Shown piece after piece: positions 28,201-39,284 of a DNA stretch of 64,000 nucleotides; the stretch's first letter is position 1, and each line of letters opens with the position of its first letter. Both the position numbers and the translations under genes were made by a program. The DNA comes from Tubiluchus corallicola. Lineage: Eukaryota; Animalia; Priapulida. Under the pieces are notes generated by a model. The model was not told where the DNA came from, searched no databases, and saw nothing but the letters and a program-made list of their open reading frames with translations. Location: positions 62,001 to 126,000 of the forward strand of contig JAQGDQ010000040.1 in NCBI GenBank assembly GCA_030141605.1, given 5' to 3'.

Positions 28201-29066
28201 GTTTTGTTTTGTACAGTCCCAAGAAAACTGGCAGATTACTGCAGCTGCATCGGTGGCATAACAGTAGTAGTTAGCTGTGAAAAGTTAGCAAGGGCTCTGT
28301 GAAAAGCAGCAAAAGCTTCAAAAGGAAATCGCAAAGTCAATAAATCCTTCATCATGAGGCTACTAAAATGCGAGAAAACAAACAATCAATAAAATCTTTA
28401 TACCTTGTTGCCAGATTGACATTTAATATCACAGAAATGCACCAAATATATATTACTAGAACTGAATACAATAAAAAAGTATAATCTCAAAGGCACATGT
28501 CCGTAGAAGATATTTAGGTAGACAACAAAAATGAATTGTAATGCACTAACTTTTTATATTGTACTCACTATTGTCAAGTCTAAAGTTAAATGAATACATT
28601 CATTTAGCATTGAAGTGCAAAATTTTGAGTTTATTAATGCAAAAAGTTGATGAGGATTAGTCTACCTACTGACAAGTTTTACAAAACTGCAGAATTTGTG
28701 CATAGTTTTAAACTTTGACAACGCATATGTCCAACCTCCACATCTAGACAAAATTTGCAGAATCTGAGCCAGATATACACAAACATGTAGCTTGTCAATC
28801 TTACAAATGCCATAAAGAGGTATACGCTAGACACTAAAAGCACAAAATGTTGACAGACCCCATCCTTTCATTACATTAAACAAATACATATTTTAACATG
28901 TTTTTAATCTTTAACAGTAGTGTGTACCTGATGAAGTAGAGCCAAATATGCGAAGAACAGGCACTCTAGACACCTGTGAGCCACGTAAATCCGAATACAA
29001 CACATCCAGGCCTTTCACAGGTGGAGCAGTATAGTGATCGGTCGTAACAATCCTTACTGAAAACAT
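1263..29066 (-). CDS. REV3L: DNA polymerase zeta catalytic subunit (REV3L), 3'-partial; 27 coding exons, 10103 nt (3367 codons) in window; gene continues past position 1
   Basis: Exons in transcript order, all GT-AG and phase-consistent: 28928-29066, 27622-27814, 27365-27439, 26934-27091, 26391-26511, 24805-24896, 23759-23869, 23138-23222, 22888-22976, 22449-22571, 21579-21828, 20329-20444, 16424-17854, 16156-16295, 15011-15495, 14030-14629, 9115-13256, 8676-8871, 8043-8211, 7329-7566, 6699-7099, 4699-4815, 4179-4323, 3692-3824, 3462-3577, 2117-2235, 1263-1381. N-terminal REV3 motifs: [99 protein letters not shown]. Later motifs: KPREIGGRLL, MELYCHTRGELCPDP, DPDILVGYEIQTTSWGYL, GRIVLNLWRILRHEVTLNVYSFENVAYHVLH. 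Gene identity is secure; some low-complexity middle exon boundaries are less so. Confidence 0.95.
5242..5555. mobile_element. Old degenerate hAT-type MITE (~314 bp) in a REV3L intron
   Basis: Near-identical 8-bp flanks GTACTGAC (5234-5241) and GTAGTGAC (5556-5563). Decayed ends TAGGCGCGTAACC and rc CAGTGGCTTAGCT, each followed by an inverted subterminal AGGGAAGCAA. Confidence 0.5.
5573..6297. mobile_element. Tc1/mariner-pogo (Tigger-like) MITE, degenerate
   Basis: TA|CAGTTAAACCTCTTTATACTGCCCAC at the left end and rc TA|CAATCAAACCATTGTTATACGACCCCAC at the right end; TA on both flanks; non-coding interior. Confidence 0.5.
18267..19655. mobile_element. hAT (Ac-like) non-autonomous element, 1389 bp, in a REV3L intron
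   Basis: Perfect 17-bp TIR TAGTGATGGGAATCGAT / ATCGATTCCCATCACTA. 8-bp TSD ATTGGCGC (18259-18266) vs ATTGGTGC (19656-19663), differing by one CpG-type transition. Many subterminal CGAT(A) motifs at both ends; internal degenerate ~30-bp repeats (AAAATTGAGCACTGAAATACTGTGCC-like) at about 18880-19150. Confidence 0.9.
20530..21398 (+). mobile_element. 5'-truncated, decayed non-LTR retrotransposon (RT C-terminal part plus 3' UTR)
   Basis: Frame-broken translation VNHLMYADDVCFLA (RT YADD), KYLGHII, FYCRTNKLLNTFKNCSDDVKRYLINSYCSNYY; ends in AATAAA and an A-rich tail. Boundaries approximate. Confidence 0.8.
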
Positions 29067-29938
29067 CTTTAAAGACTGCAGATTTTGGTGGTCCCTAAAG
29101 TATTTCACATTCTGGAAATTTTATTGGCAATATTTAATTAGATAAGATAGTCTTAATTAGATAAGATTCTTTAAAATAAAACTGACTGACATAGTTATTA
29201 CAATTAGATGTAGTGTATTAAAAGTAAATTCATCAGCTGCAATGCACAACCGAAAGTGCAAAACATGTGACGGCAAAAGTCTATTAGCACTTGGAATAAT
29301 ACGCAAGGTGAAAATGTCAAGGAATAAAGATCTTTCAGATGAAGCAGAACTTTAATGATCAAAACACTGATGTAAACTTTTTATCATTACTACTAGGTAC
29401 TGCCATCTATAGGATACGACTGGGAAGTAAGAAATGAAAATTATGTACAATTTGGAAATTAAGATAATGGAAAAAAATTAATATTAACAAATCAGAATGT
29501 GGCTTCATTCTAGTAGCTCTCTCTTAAGATAATTTGCTGATATACTTGAATCACTACTACACTTATCAGACTGGAGTTCAACTACTTACTTATATTTGGT
29601 ATTATACTTTGGTCTTTAGCTTTGTTTTCACTTTATCAGCATTGTCAAGTACACTTTAACAAGCTAAAACAATATCACTATTTTGTTAATTAAATCCATT
29701 CTTAAATTCAATTTCATTACATCAAGAAAAAGGACAAATACATCGAGAAAACATAACTATAGAAATAGTTAGTTTGCTTTTAATAACACTACCACTTTTT
29801 TACATAGCAAACACTTCCTAAAAATTATTCAATTTACATTTTGCTGAATATAATGTGCATTCATTTGCACAGTAGTGTTGTTACTAAAGCGGAATTCAAA
29901 AATATATTTTAAATTTGAAAAAAAGTTTTGGGCAACCT

Positions 29939-30921
29939 GCTATTACACTTTCGCACCTCCTAGTTTTTCAGGCCTATTGTTTGTTTTCAAGCCTGCAGGC
30001 CAGAAAGCAGACCAACAGGCATAATATACACCATATTCCAATAATATTATTGGTTTTTAGGCCTTACAATTCCAGAAGTGTATTCCTTAAAGTCACACAT
30101 TACTTACCATCACCAACAAGCAAGAAGCTCCACGTGAATAACTGTGTTTACACTACTAATGCGCAATCGCTCTCGTGCAGTGACGTGTGTGGCCCTTAAC
30201 CTGTATTTTTAGTTTCTTTGCATAATTTATGATTATTATGGTTGCAGCCACGGGAGTTTGTATCGTATTACAGTGTTCCCTCGCCACTTCAAAAATATTA
30301 ATGTGAAATATTTATCGCGGTATCTTCGCTGTTTCGATGGCATCAGAATAGTGGTAGTGATGACGATAACGATAAAAATAACACTGCAATAATGGTGGTG
30401 ATAATGAGTATATAAAACTAAAATGCCATTATAATCCTGTGTCAGTCATTGTCTTTTCTTCAAAAGACTTCCCGAATTTTTTGTTTCTTCTTCACTGTAT
30501 AGTGAGACCCAAGCTCGCATATACGAGGAAATTATTTTAGACGACTACAGTTGTTTATCATTAATTTTATTTATTACTGTAGTATTATTAGATTATAAAA
30601 GTAAAGGTTTTTTCTTTATTTCGTAAATGCGGCTAAGATAAAAGTGTCACGTGCCTTTTAAGCTAGGCCCTGATAATGCATAGACTAGTACGAAATTCGT
30701 CACGTGACTACACACACAAACGTGATGGCGATACGAACTGTATAGTGTAGAACTGTGAATACAACGTAATTATTGGTAATTATACACTAAATATATGAGT
30801 AAATTACCACGAGATTAGCTTAAACATTCACTGATGACGTGAGAATAATAGAATAACGACCTACGAGCCTAGAAACGAGTAATAACCTAGAAAAAACTTG
30901 GAGGTGCGAAAGTGTAATAGC
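29939..30921. mobile_element. MITE / non-autonomous TIR element (983 bp), superfamily unclear, just upstream of the first REV3L coding exon
   Basis: Perfect 22-bp inverted repeat GCTATTACACTTTCGCACCTCC / GGAGGTGCGAAAGTGTAATAGC, extended by an imperfect AGTTTTT(T)C(T)AGG. No unambiguous TSD (TA|CACT...AGTG|TA is one possible reading). Confidence 0.7.
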
Positions 30922-33900
30922 GCCATGTGCGAGTTACCAGTTTCTACAGAAGTGCAAAATTACTTGAGAAATGATGTAAAACTACGTGAAATTGCAAAAC
31001 GTATGAGAGCCGAAATGGAAACTGGATTATTTGGTGTATGTGCACGCATGAAAACTTAACTATATGAGAGTTGGCAAGTCTGAACGAACTTAACGAAGAA
31101 GCTTATTAATCACAATGTGATACCACCAATTATTTTGCATAAATTCATTACTCGAGCTTATACATGCTCAATAGTAAATTTCTTAAAAGAATCTGACATC
31201 GTGTGTCAATGGAATGGCATAATTACTTTTATATTGTTAAAAAACATAAAACAGCGTTTTCAAATTGTCCATTTGCTTCAGTACAGAGTTAAATAAATAA
31301 ATTTGTTAGATAAAACAATTCACATACTGACATAGGGTATTATGTTTACTTACTTATTTATGTTAGTTAATAAAACTAATACACTTATTAAGTGTAACAG
31401 CGCCTATTAATCTGCTAAACAGGCATTCCGTTAAGCTTAGCTTGAAATTGATACTTATAAATGTCAAACGAAAAACTGAAAAACATGCTTATTCTTGCAA
31501 CAGCGCTCTGAAATCAACCTCGATATGTGCAAAGATGTGCACAAAGCCAGTTTTGGCTAAAATCATTGCGGATATTTTTCTTTTCAGTCTGTCTTTATTT
31601 CCTTGAGAACTCTCGTTGGCTCCCAGCCAAGTTATGTGTGTAGTGTGTGTACTACATAAAAACTTTGCAATTAATATGTGCGCAAAAAATTAAAGTGTAC
31701 GTTTTTATAATAGCTACAAAACTCTTAATAGTAAAAGTATTCCACTTAAAGGAAAGTTCAAGCCTTCTGGGACAGTAAACTTATTACACTGTACACGAAA
31801 AATGTTAGAAGGATTTAGTAATAAAAGCCTTGTTTATAAGCGCATGGTGTAATTAGCAAAAATCAGTTTAAAGTCGTGATCACTTCATGTTTAGGCGCTC
31901 ACTTTTTGAATGCCCATTTTTCCACCAATGAAGTCGTTCAGTGGCTGTTCAAAGAAGAGCAGCACACAATCAATTTCCAACAAAAGTATAATAGGTTTTT
32001 ACATAAAAAATAAATACCAAATTATGTGATATTTTGCATGAACATTAGGTAAACTGCAGAAATTTTAATCAATTTAACGCGCGTGTAATTACAGAAATTA
32101 AGTCAGGGTGCACTGAAAAAAAGTCAAGAAGTCCCCCAGTTACACCACAATTTTTAAGCGAATGCATGGTGGCTACCGCTGTGCTTGAATATTTCTACAC
32201 AACATTAGTGTAAATTAACTTTATATTTTATAGAAACTTTTTGTGCAAATTTGTTTGTTATAGTTTCCCAAGTTTAAATCATAACAGCAAAATAAACCCA
32301 ACTATCTAATTTGTCCTTTCCTTTAAGCTCATTATGCCGTATGCTGTCAAACAAGCCACGCACTTGGTTTGTATATTTGGTGGACCCGAAGTCTGCCACT
32401 CTGGCACCATGCATTGCGTCAATAGAAAGTTTGTGAAATTTATAATAGGCAACTTGCAACATATAGTAGAAAAATTGAAGCTAAGATATATCACTCAGGT
32501 TTATGCCATCATCACACTGAAACTGCAATCCTGTTTATAATAATTTAACCTAAACTCTGAATTTGATAGAAAAAAGCTCAAAAATTCGTTTTGAAATATT
32601 GTGTCAATTAGCTGTCTTATTGCATACTGAGCTTCCAAATTAGCAGTAATGTTATGTAAAATTTAAACTATTTTAAAATTTCTCTTTCTTCCAATTTAAT
32701 TAAAATTTAGAGTATTATAGCTTTTATCAATAGAAGGTACCTACACATCACCACAAAATCGTTGTCTCATGAGTGCGTCAAATGGTAAAAATGCTTGAAC
32801 ATGATCTCTAGAGCTACTGCACCTGCTCTCATATTACTATCGCACATTATACAGCATGTAAATTATTGAGGTGGCTTGATGCTTAATAAGTTATGAAACA
32901 TCATGAAATGAATTCGGATAAGCAGAGTCATTTGAAACGTTTACTCTGAATGATGAATTGCACAGCAGGACCAATAATATCATTATTACTAAATAAGAAA
33001 GATTACACGAGGATCCTCCAGTGTAGCTCCACCCCAGCAATGGGAGGAAGTAAATACATATAATTAGTAATATTTAGCATACTTGCAGGCAGCAAGCAGG
33101 CTATACAGCCCAGCCTCATCCTAGCAAAGCGAATTTGGCTTATCCTGGCCGCTATATTAAAAGGAAGGGGGCACACTTGATCTGATTTTTTCTGATTTGT
33201 CTACCATACAGTTAAACTGTTTTAGGGATTTGCTACTCATGTGTTATCATAACATCTATATTAACCTATGGACTAAAGGTTAATTCAGATGTTATGATAA
33301 AATATGAGTTATGAAGCTAATTTGTTCTTTTGTAGCGTGAGGAAAAATTGTGCAAGTTACATTAAGCATAATTAGAAGTTAACTGGCCAACAGCAGGATA
33401 AAGCATATTGATTAAACAGTGAAGGTCATACCATTTAGCATCTTGTACATTTGGATAGGTTTTTGACGTTTCCTTCCATTTCTTAATGGTATAAACAACA
33501 CTGTATTGTACAAAAGACTGTGGGAAGTACCCATGACAGCACCAGATGAAAACGAACTGCGTCTAGTTGCATCTCTTCAAGTTCATCAGAATAAGTGATC
33601 GAGCAATTATTCCAAACAAGCGTATTTTAAAACTGAGAGAATCAAACTACTTTTAAGGTTAAGTACCAATAGAGCCTTCCATTCAAGGATTTATTGATTC
33701 CTCGATTTGAGTAAATTGAAATGTGCTCTGGCTCTGCTAGGCATAGCAACATGCCCCCATGCACTGTTCATTATTGGAAAAGATTATAAGAAGGTGCTGA
33801 TCTGTTTCAGATACTGGTTCGGTATCAAAGAACAACGTAAACTGAAGTTGAATTCGAATAGCTCGTTTTTAGGCAATAATCAGTGATTCAGTTTTCTGAA

Positions 33901-34999
33901 TGTTGAAATTGACAAGCCATTGGCTGTATAGGCCAAATCATTTTTTTGAAGATCGTATTTTTTAATAAAATCGCAAAAGTCGCAGAGTTATCAATTGCAA
34001 CGAAGGGTTATCAATTGCAACGAATAGTCATGTTTGAGCATTAATATCAACTGCAACATCGTTGGTAAATATAACAAAGAGCTGCAGCAAATGCCTGAAA
34101 AAGGACTCCATGGAGCGACGTGTCAATGCGACGATAGGTATGCCAGTGTGGACGTAAAAAAGGTCCTTATTCTTTGGTAATATAGGTATCTATCAAAGAA
34201 TATGGACCACAGAAAGTCGGGAATAAACTGCGCAGCAGTTCGCGTAGTTAGTGTCGCCCTAGCAGCACAGCAGTACGGACTGTTGTTGTCAGGTACGCTA
34301 TAGCGCAAGCTGTTCGCGCTTCAGTGCGTACTGTAGCAGATGAATTGATGAGACCAGTCAAGCCAGGCCGGTTAACAGGCGCTCATAAATTGTTCAGCAG
34401 TGACTTGTGAAAACACAAATAAAAATATCTTTTTAAATATCCCAAGGATGCAGCCAGGTAATTATAATAAAATATTAATTACAACACAGTTTTGTAACTT
34501 TTGTTACAAGTTAAATATTTTGTACATTAAGCAAAGACTGCAAGGCCTACATCTCTCTTTGACGATTTATAGCAGCTGTTATATTTTTGAATATTATCTA
34601 AAGCAAAGCCTAGGTGCCAAGGGCAATCATTTTATATAGTTAAATATATAGGCTCAGCTTCATAGAATCTTTGTATGTAATAATGCATACATCATACATG
34701 TATGTGAGTGTGTGTGCATGGGTGTATCAAGACGTTACGAGCCTTAGGCTGGCAGTTCAGTCCTACTCATCTCTACTACTGTAATGATTATTTATATATG
34801 AAGCACCGTATGCAATTACTTGTTGTGCGAATGCGTGCATGTACGAATTATTTATATACAAACCTACAATATAATATATGTGTAATTACATAGATTAATT
34901 GCAGGGCACGTAAATGGGTACAATTTTTAATGTGCCAAATTAGCTACCTCGTATTGGAGTAAAACGACCAAGAAATAAACCTTCAACAAAAGGAAAGAA

Positions 35000-35002
<3 letters not shown>

Positions 35003-35063
<61 letters not shown>

Positions 35064-35165
35064 ACCTCCCTCCCTCTCTCTGTCTCTCTTTCCCTCCCTT
35101 TCACTGTCTGTCTTCCTCTTCCTCTCCCTCTTTCTCTCTTTCTCTCTCTCTCCTTCCCTCTCTCT
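35003..35165. repeat. (CT)n microsatellite with degenerate polypyrimidine extension
   Basis: Pure TC dinucleotide run at about 35003-35055, followed by imperfect CT-rich sequence. Confidence 0.95.
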
Positions 35166-35282
35166 GTAAGAGGGGGAGAGAAAAATCAATACATCAATAA
35201 AAAATGCATTGCTTTTTTACATAGTAGGCAGCCCATCACGCAGTCAGCTAGCCTCTTCCCTCAGGAAGAACAATAAAATTTT

Positions 35283-35822
35283 ACTTACAAGAAAGCTGAA
35301 GAAGTATTTGCAAGTACATAATACAAACTTATTGCTACATTTTTTTCCTTTTCATTAAATGTTTTTAGTTTTTTTAAACTAATAATTGCTTTTAATTGAG
35401 ATATTGTTCTTTTATTAAAAAGGCAAAAGTGATTTTGGCTTATGGAAATTGCGCGTGTGCCAACATTATTGGTGAACTTAAGAATATTATTATTACAGTC
35501 AATGCGCCGCTCAAAATTTTTTAATCATCCGCCGTTTGATGCCGCCAGCATAGCCGCTAATCGCAAAAACGAAATACGTAACAATATAATTTCGTCACTC
35601 TCTCCTTTTACAATTTGTATATATGGTATATACTTATGAGCTTGCACGAAGATTTCTGGCATTGTTTATTGCTCAACTCAAGAGTCCTGACTTGAATAAG
35701 AAAAATAGTGAACGAATTATGTATTTTTGGGAGAAGTATGTGGAGATTTTGTTCGCAATTTTTTCTTATGATTGATCTAAAACTATCAGTCGCCACCCTG
35801 TCTCAGTACAGTTATAGTGAGT
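35283..35822. promoter_or_regulatory. Candidate bidirectional promoter with divergent non-coding first exons of REV3L and HMGXB4
   Basis: Local CpG enrichment at about 35450-35600. Consensus donor GTAAGT on the minus strand (35288->35283) and GTGAGT on the plus strand (35817-35822). Both genes' first coding exons start with an acceptor (29111 and 39931), implying upstream UTR exons. Inference only. Confidence 0.35.
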
Positions 35823-36629
35823 TTCGTATGGTCAAATATTGTATATCTATAATGGAATGAGACCAATTGAATTGATTTGGATTTATTTGAGTATTATACT
35901 AATTTTAAAAATTTATACTGTGTGTTGTAGAAAAGGAACAGTGTTCCTTTATATCCCATTATGGTTCCAAAATAATCTCATATAATCTAATCAGATGATC
36001 TTAGGTAGTGCACCAGCTTAGCAGTTACTAATCAAACCCTGAAAAACCTAGGTCTGAATTAGCAAGATTCGATCTGATTGATATTGTTCAGCAAATTCTG
36101 AGAAATGCAAATGAGCTTTCAAAAGGATCCAATTGGTTAAACAAAGTATTTATTTTTCCCTTTCGTACGAAATTAGAGCTAGAAAAATAGACTTATGGCA
36201 ATAGACAAATCCGTTTGACGTAAAGTAATGCGTATCTTTTACAATAGTAACCCTAGTGCCAGCAACTTTTTAGGCGCCCATGAGAGTGTGGCTCAAAGCC
36301 CTCATGCCAATCTGCTCAGAACACACAGTTCAGTGGTGCTGTAGCATGTTCTTCAAGATTTATATTCAGTCCCAATTTTCAGCAAGTCTGTGTAGCTTCC
36401 AAAAGTAATATAGTTCCTCGTGTCTCGCTCTTGGCTCATCAGGACATACGTGCAGCTGTGAATAATTTACCACTGTTGTCAATTCAAACCACAAATCAAT
36501 GACAAACAGATTTTGTAAATGATGAGTGTGCATATTGTAGAAATGTAAATAGGTGTGTGTGTGCCAATATAATTGTGTAAAAAATGTGCACCAAATTAAC
36601 ACTCAAAATGCAGGGCCTATTTACAGATA

Positions 36630-37970
36630 TTTTATAATGTTCAGGGTCTTGTCACCAAGCAAACTGAATTCCTAACTTTTGTTAGCTCTACCCAAGCTGA
36701 TTTTATTACCATTTGCGAAACATGGCTCTCCGACAATGACGACAGCATTTCCGTTGTTCCACGTGGATATGAATTATATAGGATTGATTGTAGTGCTATT
36801 TTTCCTGGGGTGCTATATGGTGAAGTAATCTTTTAGTAAAGGCAGTTTGTTGCCCAAGAAATTAATAAATGAAGGCTGCTCTTGTCTGCTTATTTGGTGA
36901 AGCTAGTTTTTCTGATGACAGTCGCTTTGTAATTGATGTTTGCTATCGCTTTTCATACAGTGATTACATCCGAAGTTTCGACTTCTCTGAAGCATTAGTA
37001 AATGAGAGTATTTGCCATTCTTGTCATACGTTAGCTGATAGAGCAGGTATTTTGTGCGGCAATTTTAATTTTTCAAACATTTCATGGGAATGTCCAGTCC
37101 CATCATCAGCCTTAGAGAGGCAGTTTATTGATACCTTAAACATCATTAATTTTGTTGTTTCAACTGGTCAATTTCTGTACAAGGAAAGCTGACGTGCTTG
37201 ATTTAGTATTATGCAATTGTCCAGAACTCGTTTTGGTGACTGATTCTCCTGGGTTTTCTAAAAGTGATCACAATGTTTTTGTTGATATTACTATTGAAGC
37301 ATCTTTAAACCTGAAACTGGTAAATCCACATATCGTTCTGGTCAGCTGATTGGAAACCAATGCGACAGTATTTTAACTCTCTTGATTTACAATCTTTAAC
37401 AACCTGTCAATTAATGAGTCTTGGCATGTGTTTAAAGGTTGGTATTTGTATGCAATTCATAATTTCTTCCCTGTCAAAGCTCTTACAAGGAAATTTAAAT
37501 TTGTATGGATGAATAATGGCAACATTAAGAGACTGACAAGTAAGAAGCAGAAACTTTGGCAGTTGTACAAGAATTGCAATCTAAGCTGTGTGTATGATCA
37601 ATACCAGTTACCTGGTCACTGCAGTACACATGTCACCTTAGTTAACCAGCTTCAGAGGATTCACAGTCGTTGCCCACAAATTATGACTGACGGACAAGCT
37701 GAACTCATTCATTGTTTCAAAATTTTGATCGAGTTGACCATCTTGAGTAAAGATGACTTCTTCATCCCAACTCATCGCCAGTATGATCTAAGTGGATATT
37801 TGACGAAACTGTTCCAATGTTTCTATCATACTAACATAAGAGGCCACTTTTTCACCGAAAGAGTTATTCCCTGCTGGAATGCTTTGCCAGATGATGCGAT
37901 TAGTGCTCCAAATGTTAGTATTTTCAAAAGCAAATTGAGGGCTCAGCATCAAAGCCGTGTGGTTAGCTGA
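36630..37970 (+). mobile_element. Decayed CR1-like LINE ORF2 remnant: APE endonuclease joined to the C-terminus, RT core missing
   Basis: Frame-broken APE motifs NVQGL, ITICETWLS, LCGNFNFSNISW, RKADVLDLVLCN..SDH, then WMNNGNIKRL..KKQKLW, and the CR1-type C-terminus RGHFFTERVIPCWNALPDDAISAPNVSIFKSKL. Confidence 0.85.
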
Positions 37971-38653
37971 GTTATTAAATTTGAAAGATAAAGGAAAACG
38001 AATGTTAAATCTTAATCTTGTTGCTGTTAGCAAGTATGCTGTGGCATCATGACGTATAAAGCATCCATAAAGTGTGTTAATAAATATCCATAAATAATCC
38101 AAGACCACTTGACAAAGTAAGCACATGACAAAGTACAAAAGCTTTGGGAGTTTGGACTTTGGATGTACAGTATTTTTCTCAGAATTCATAAAACTACCCG
38201 CCTGACAAAGATCTAATGAGGCGTTTGGGGGTGGGACATCAAGAAGAACCACAAAAGGGGGCCGAAAAGGATGTCATAAAGTAAATGGTTAATTTTGCTG
38301 CCAAAATGCAACGACACTGCACTCTTTCAAAAAATGTCCAATCTGATACAAAGTTAGGTTGGGTAAGTAAAAATCAGACGACCTGTTCTGGATAATGGTC
38401 AAAAATGTTAAAAATTGCATCACATGGTCGGATTTAGCATATAATTGTATGTGACACTATCCTGCATTAAAGAACACCAAATCTGACGAGAATTGCAAGG
38501 ATAAAACAAAATTTTTACCAATCTCGATGCCAGAGTGGCTGAAAATTGCACTATAAAGTACATGGTTAATTTTGCTGCCAAAATGTCGGAGACGTTTTTT
38601 GTAGTCTTTCAAAATTTTCAGTCTCGATCTGGTGTGGGAGTAGTGCTCTAGAG

Positions 38654-39284
38654 CAGTGCTATTCACCAGGGGTGGACGGTCTACTTAAGGGTGGACCAAA
38701 TTTGGCTGAGGATGACCAGGGGTGGGCCAGCGGATTGGTGTGAACCAGGAACGCGGAATTCTAATCGCAATTCATATTGGCACTATTATTTGGCAAATGG
38801 ACATTTTCCCATAGGAAAAAAGTGTTGAGTTTTTCTTGTATGCCAGTTGAAGCAGCCACGTAAATGTGCATTATTAATGATAGTAATTATGAGTTGTGGA
38901 TGCACATGTGTATCTGGCTTCTAATCAGAAGAGCTTAACCATTGAGATACTATAAAACCACGACATCACCTAGTATCAAACTGTAACATAGCAACAATGG
39001 CAATAACAATGGCAATAGTACAAAAATGAATTTGATCTCCGAAACTGTAGTTAATTCTGTGACATGGCCACTATAATTAGCTATAAGTTAATTACAGTAG
39101 TACTCTTTCTGGACTCCACATAATTCTGCTTTATGGTTTTTTTACCAACAGTCAACTTATTTAATGCTTAAACTAATGCGAATCCTTAGTATTGATTCAT
39201 CTTAAGGCGGACCATACCTGTGGACCAATTCAGGAGTTAGGGTTCTTAGGGTAGTCCGGTCTGAAAAAAAGTTGAATAGCACTA
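38654..39284. mobile_element. hAT (Charlie-like) MITE, 631 bp
   Basis: Perfect 8-bp TSD CTCTAGAG (38646-38653 and 39285-39292), a Charlie-type palindromic target. TIR CAGTGCTATTCA / TGAATAGCACTA (11 of 12 match). Confidence 0.88.

Noticed and set aside
34983-35189. ER-rich ORF
   Set aside because: It is the translation of the (CT)n microsatellite.
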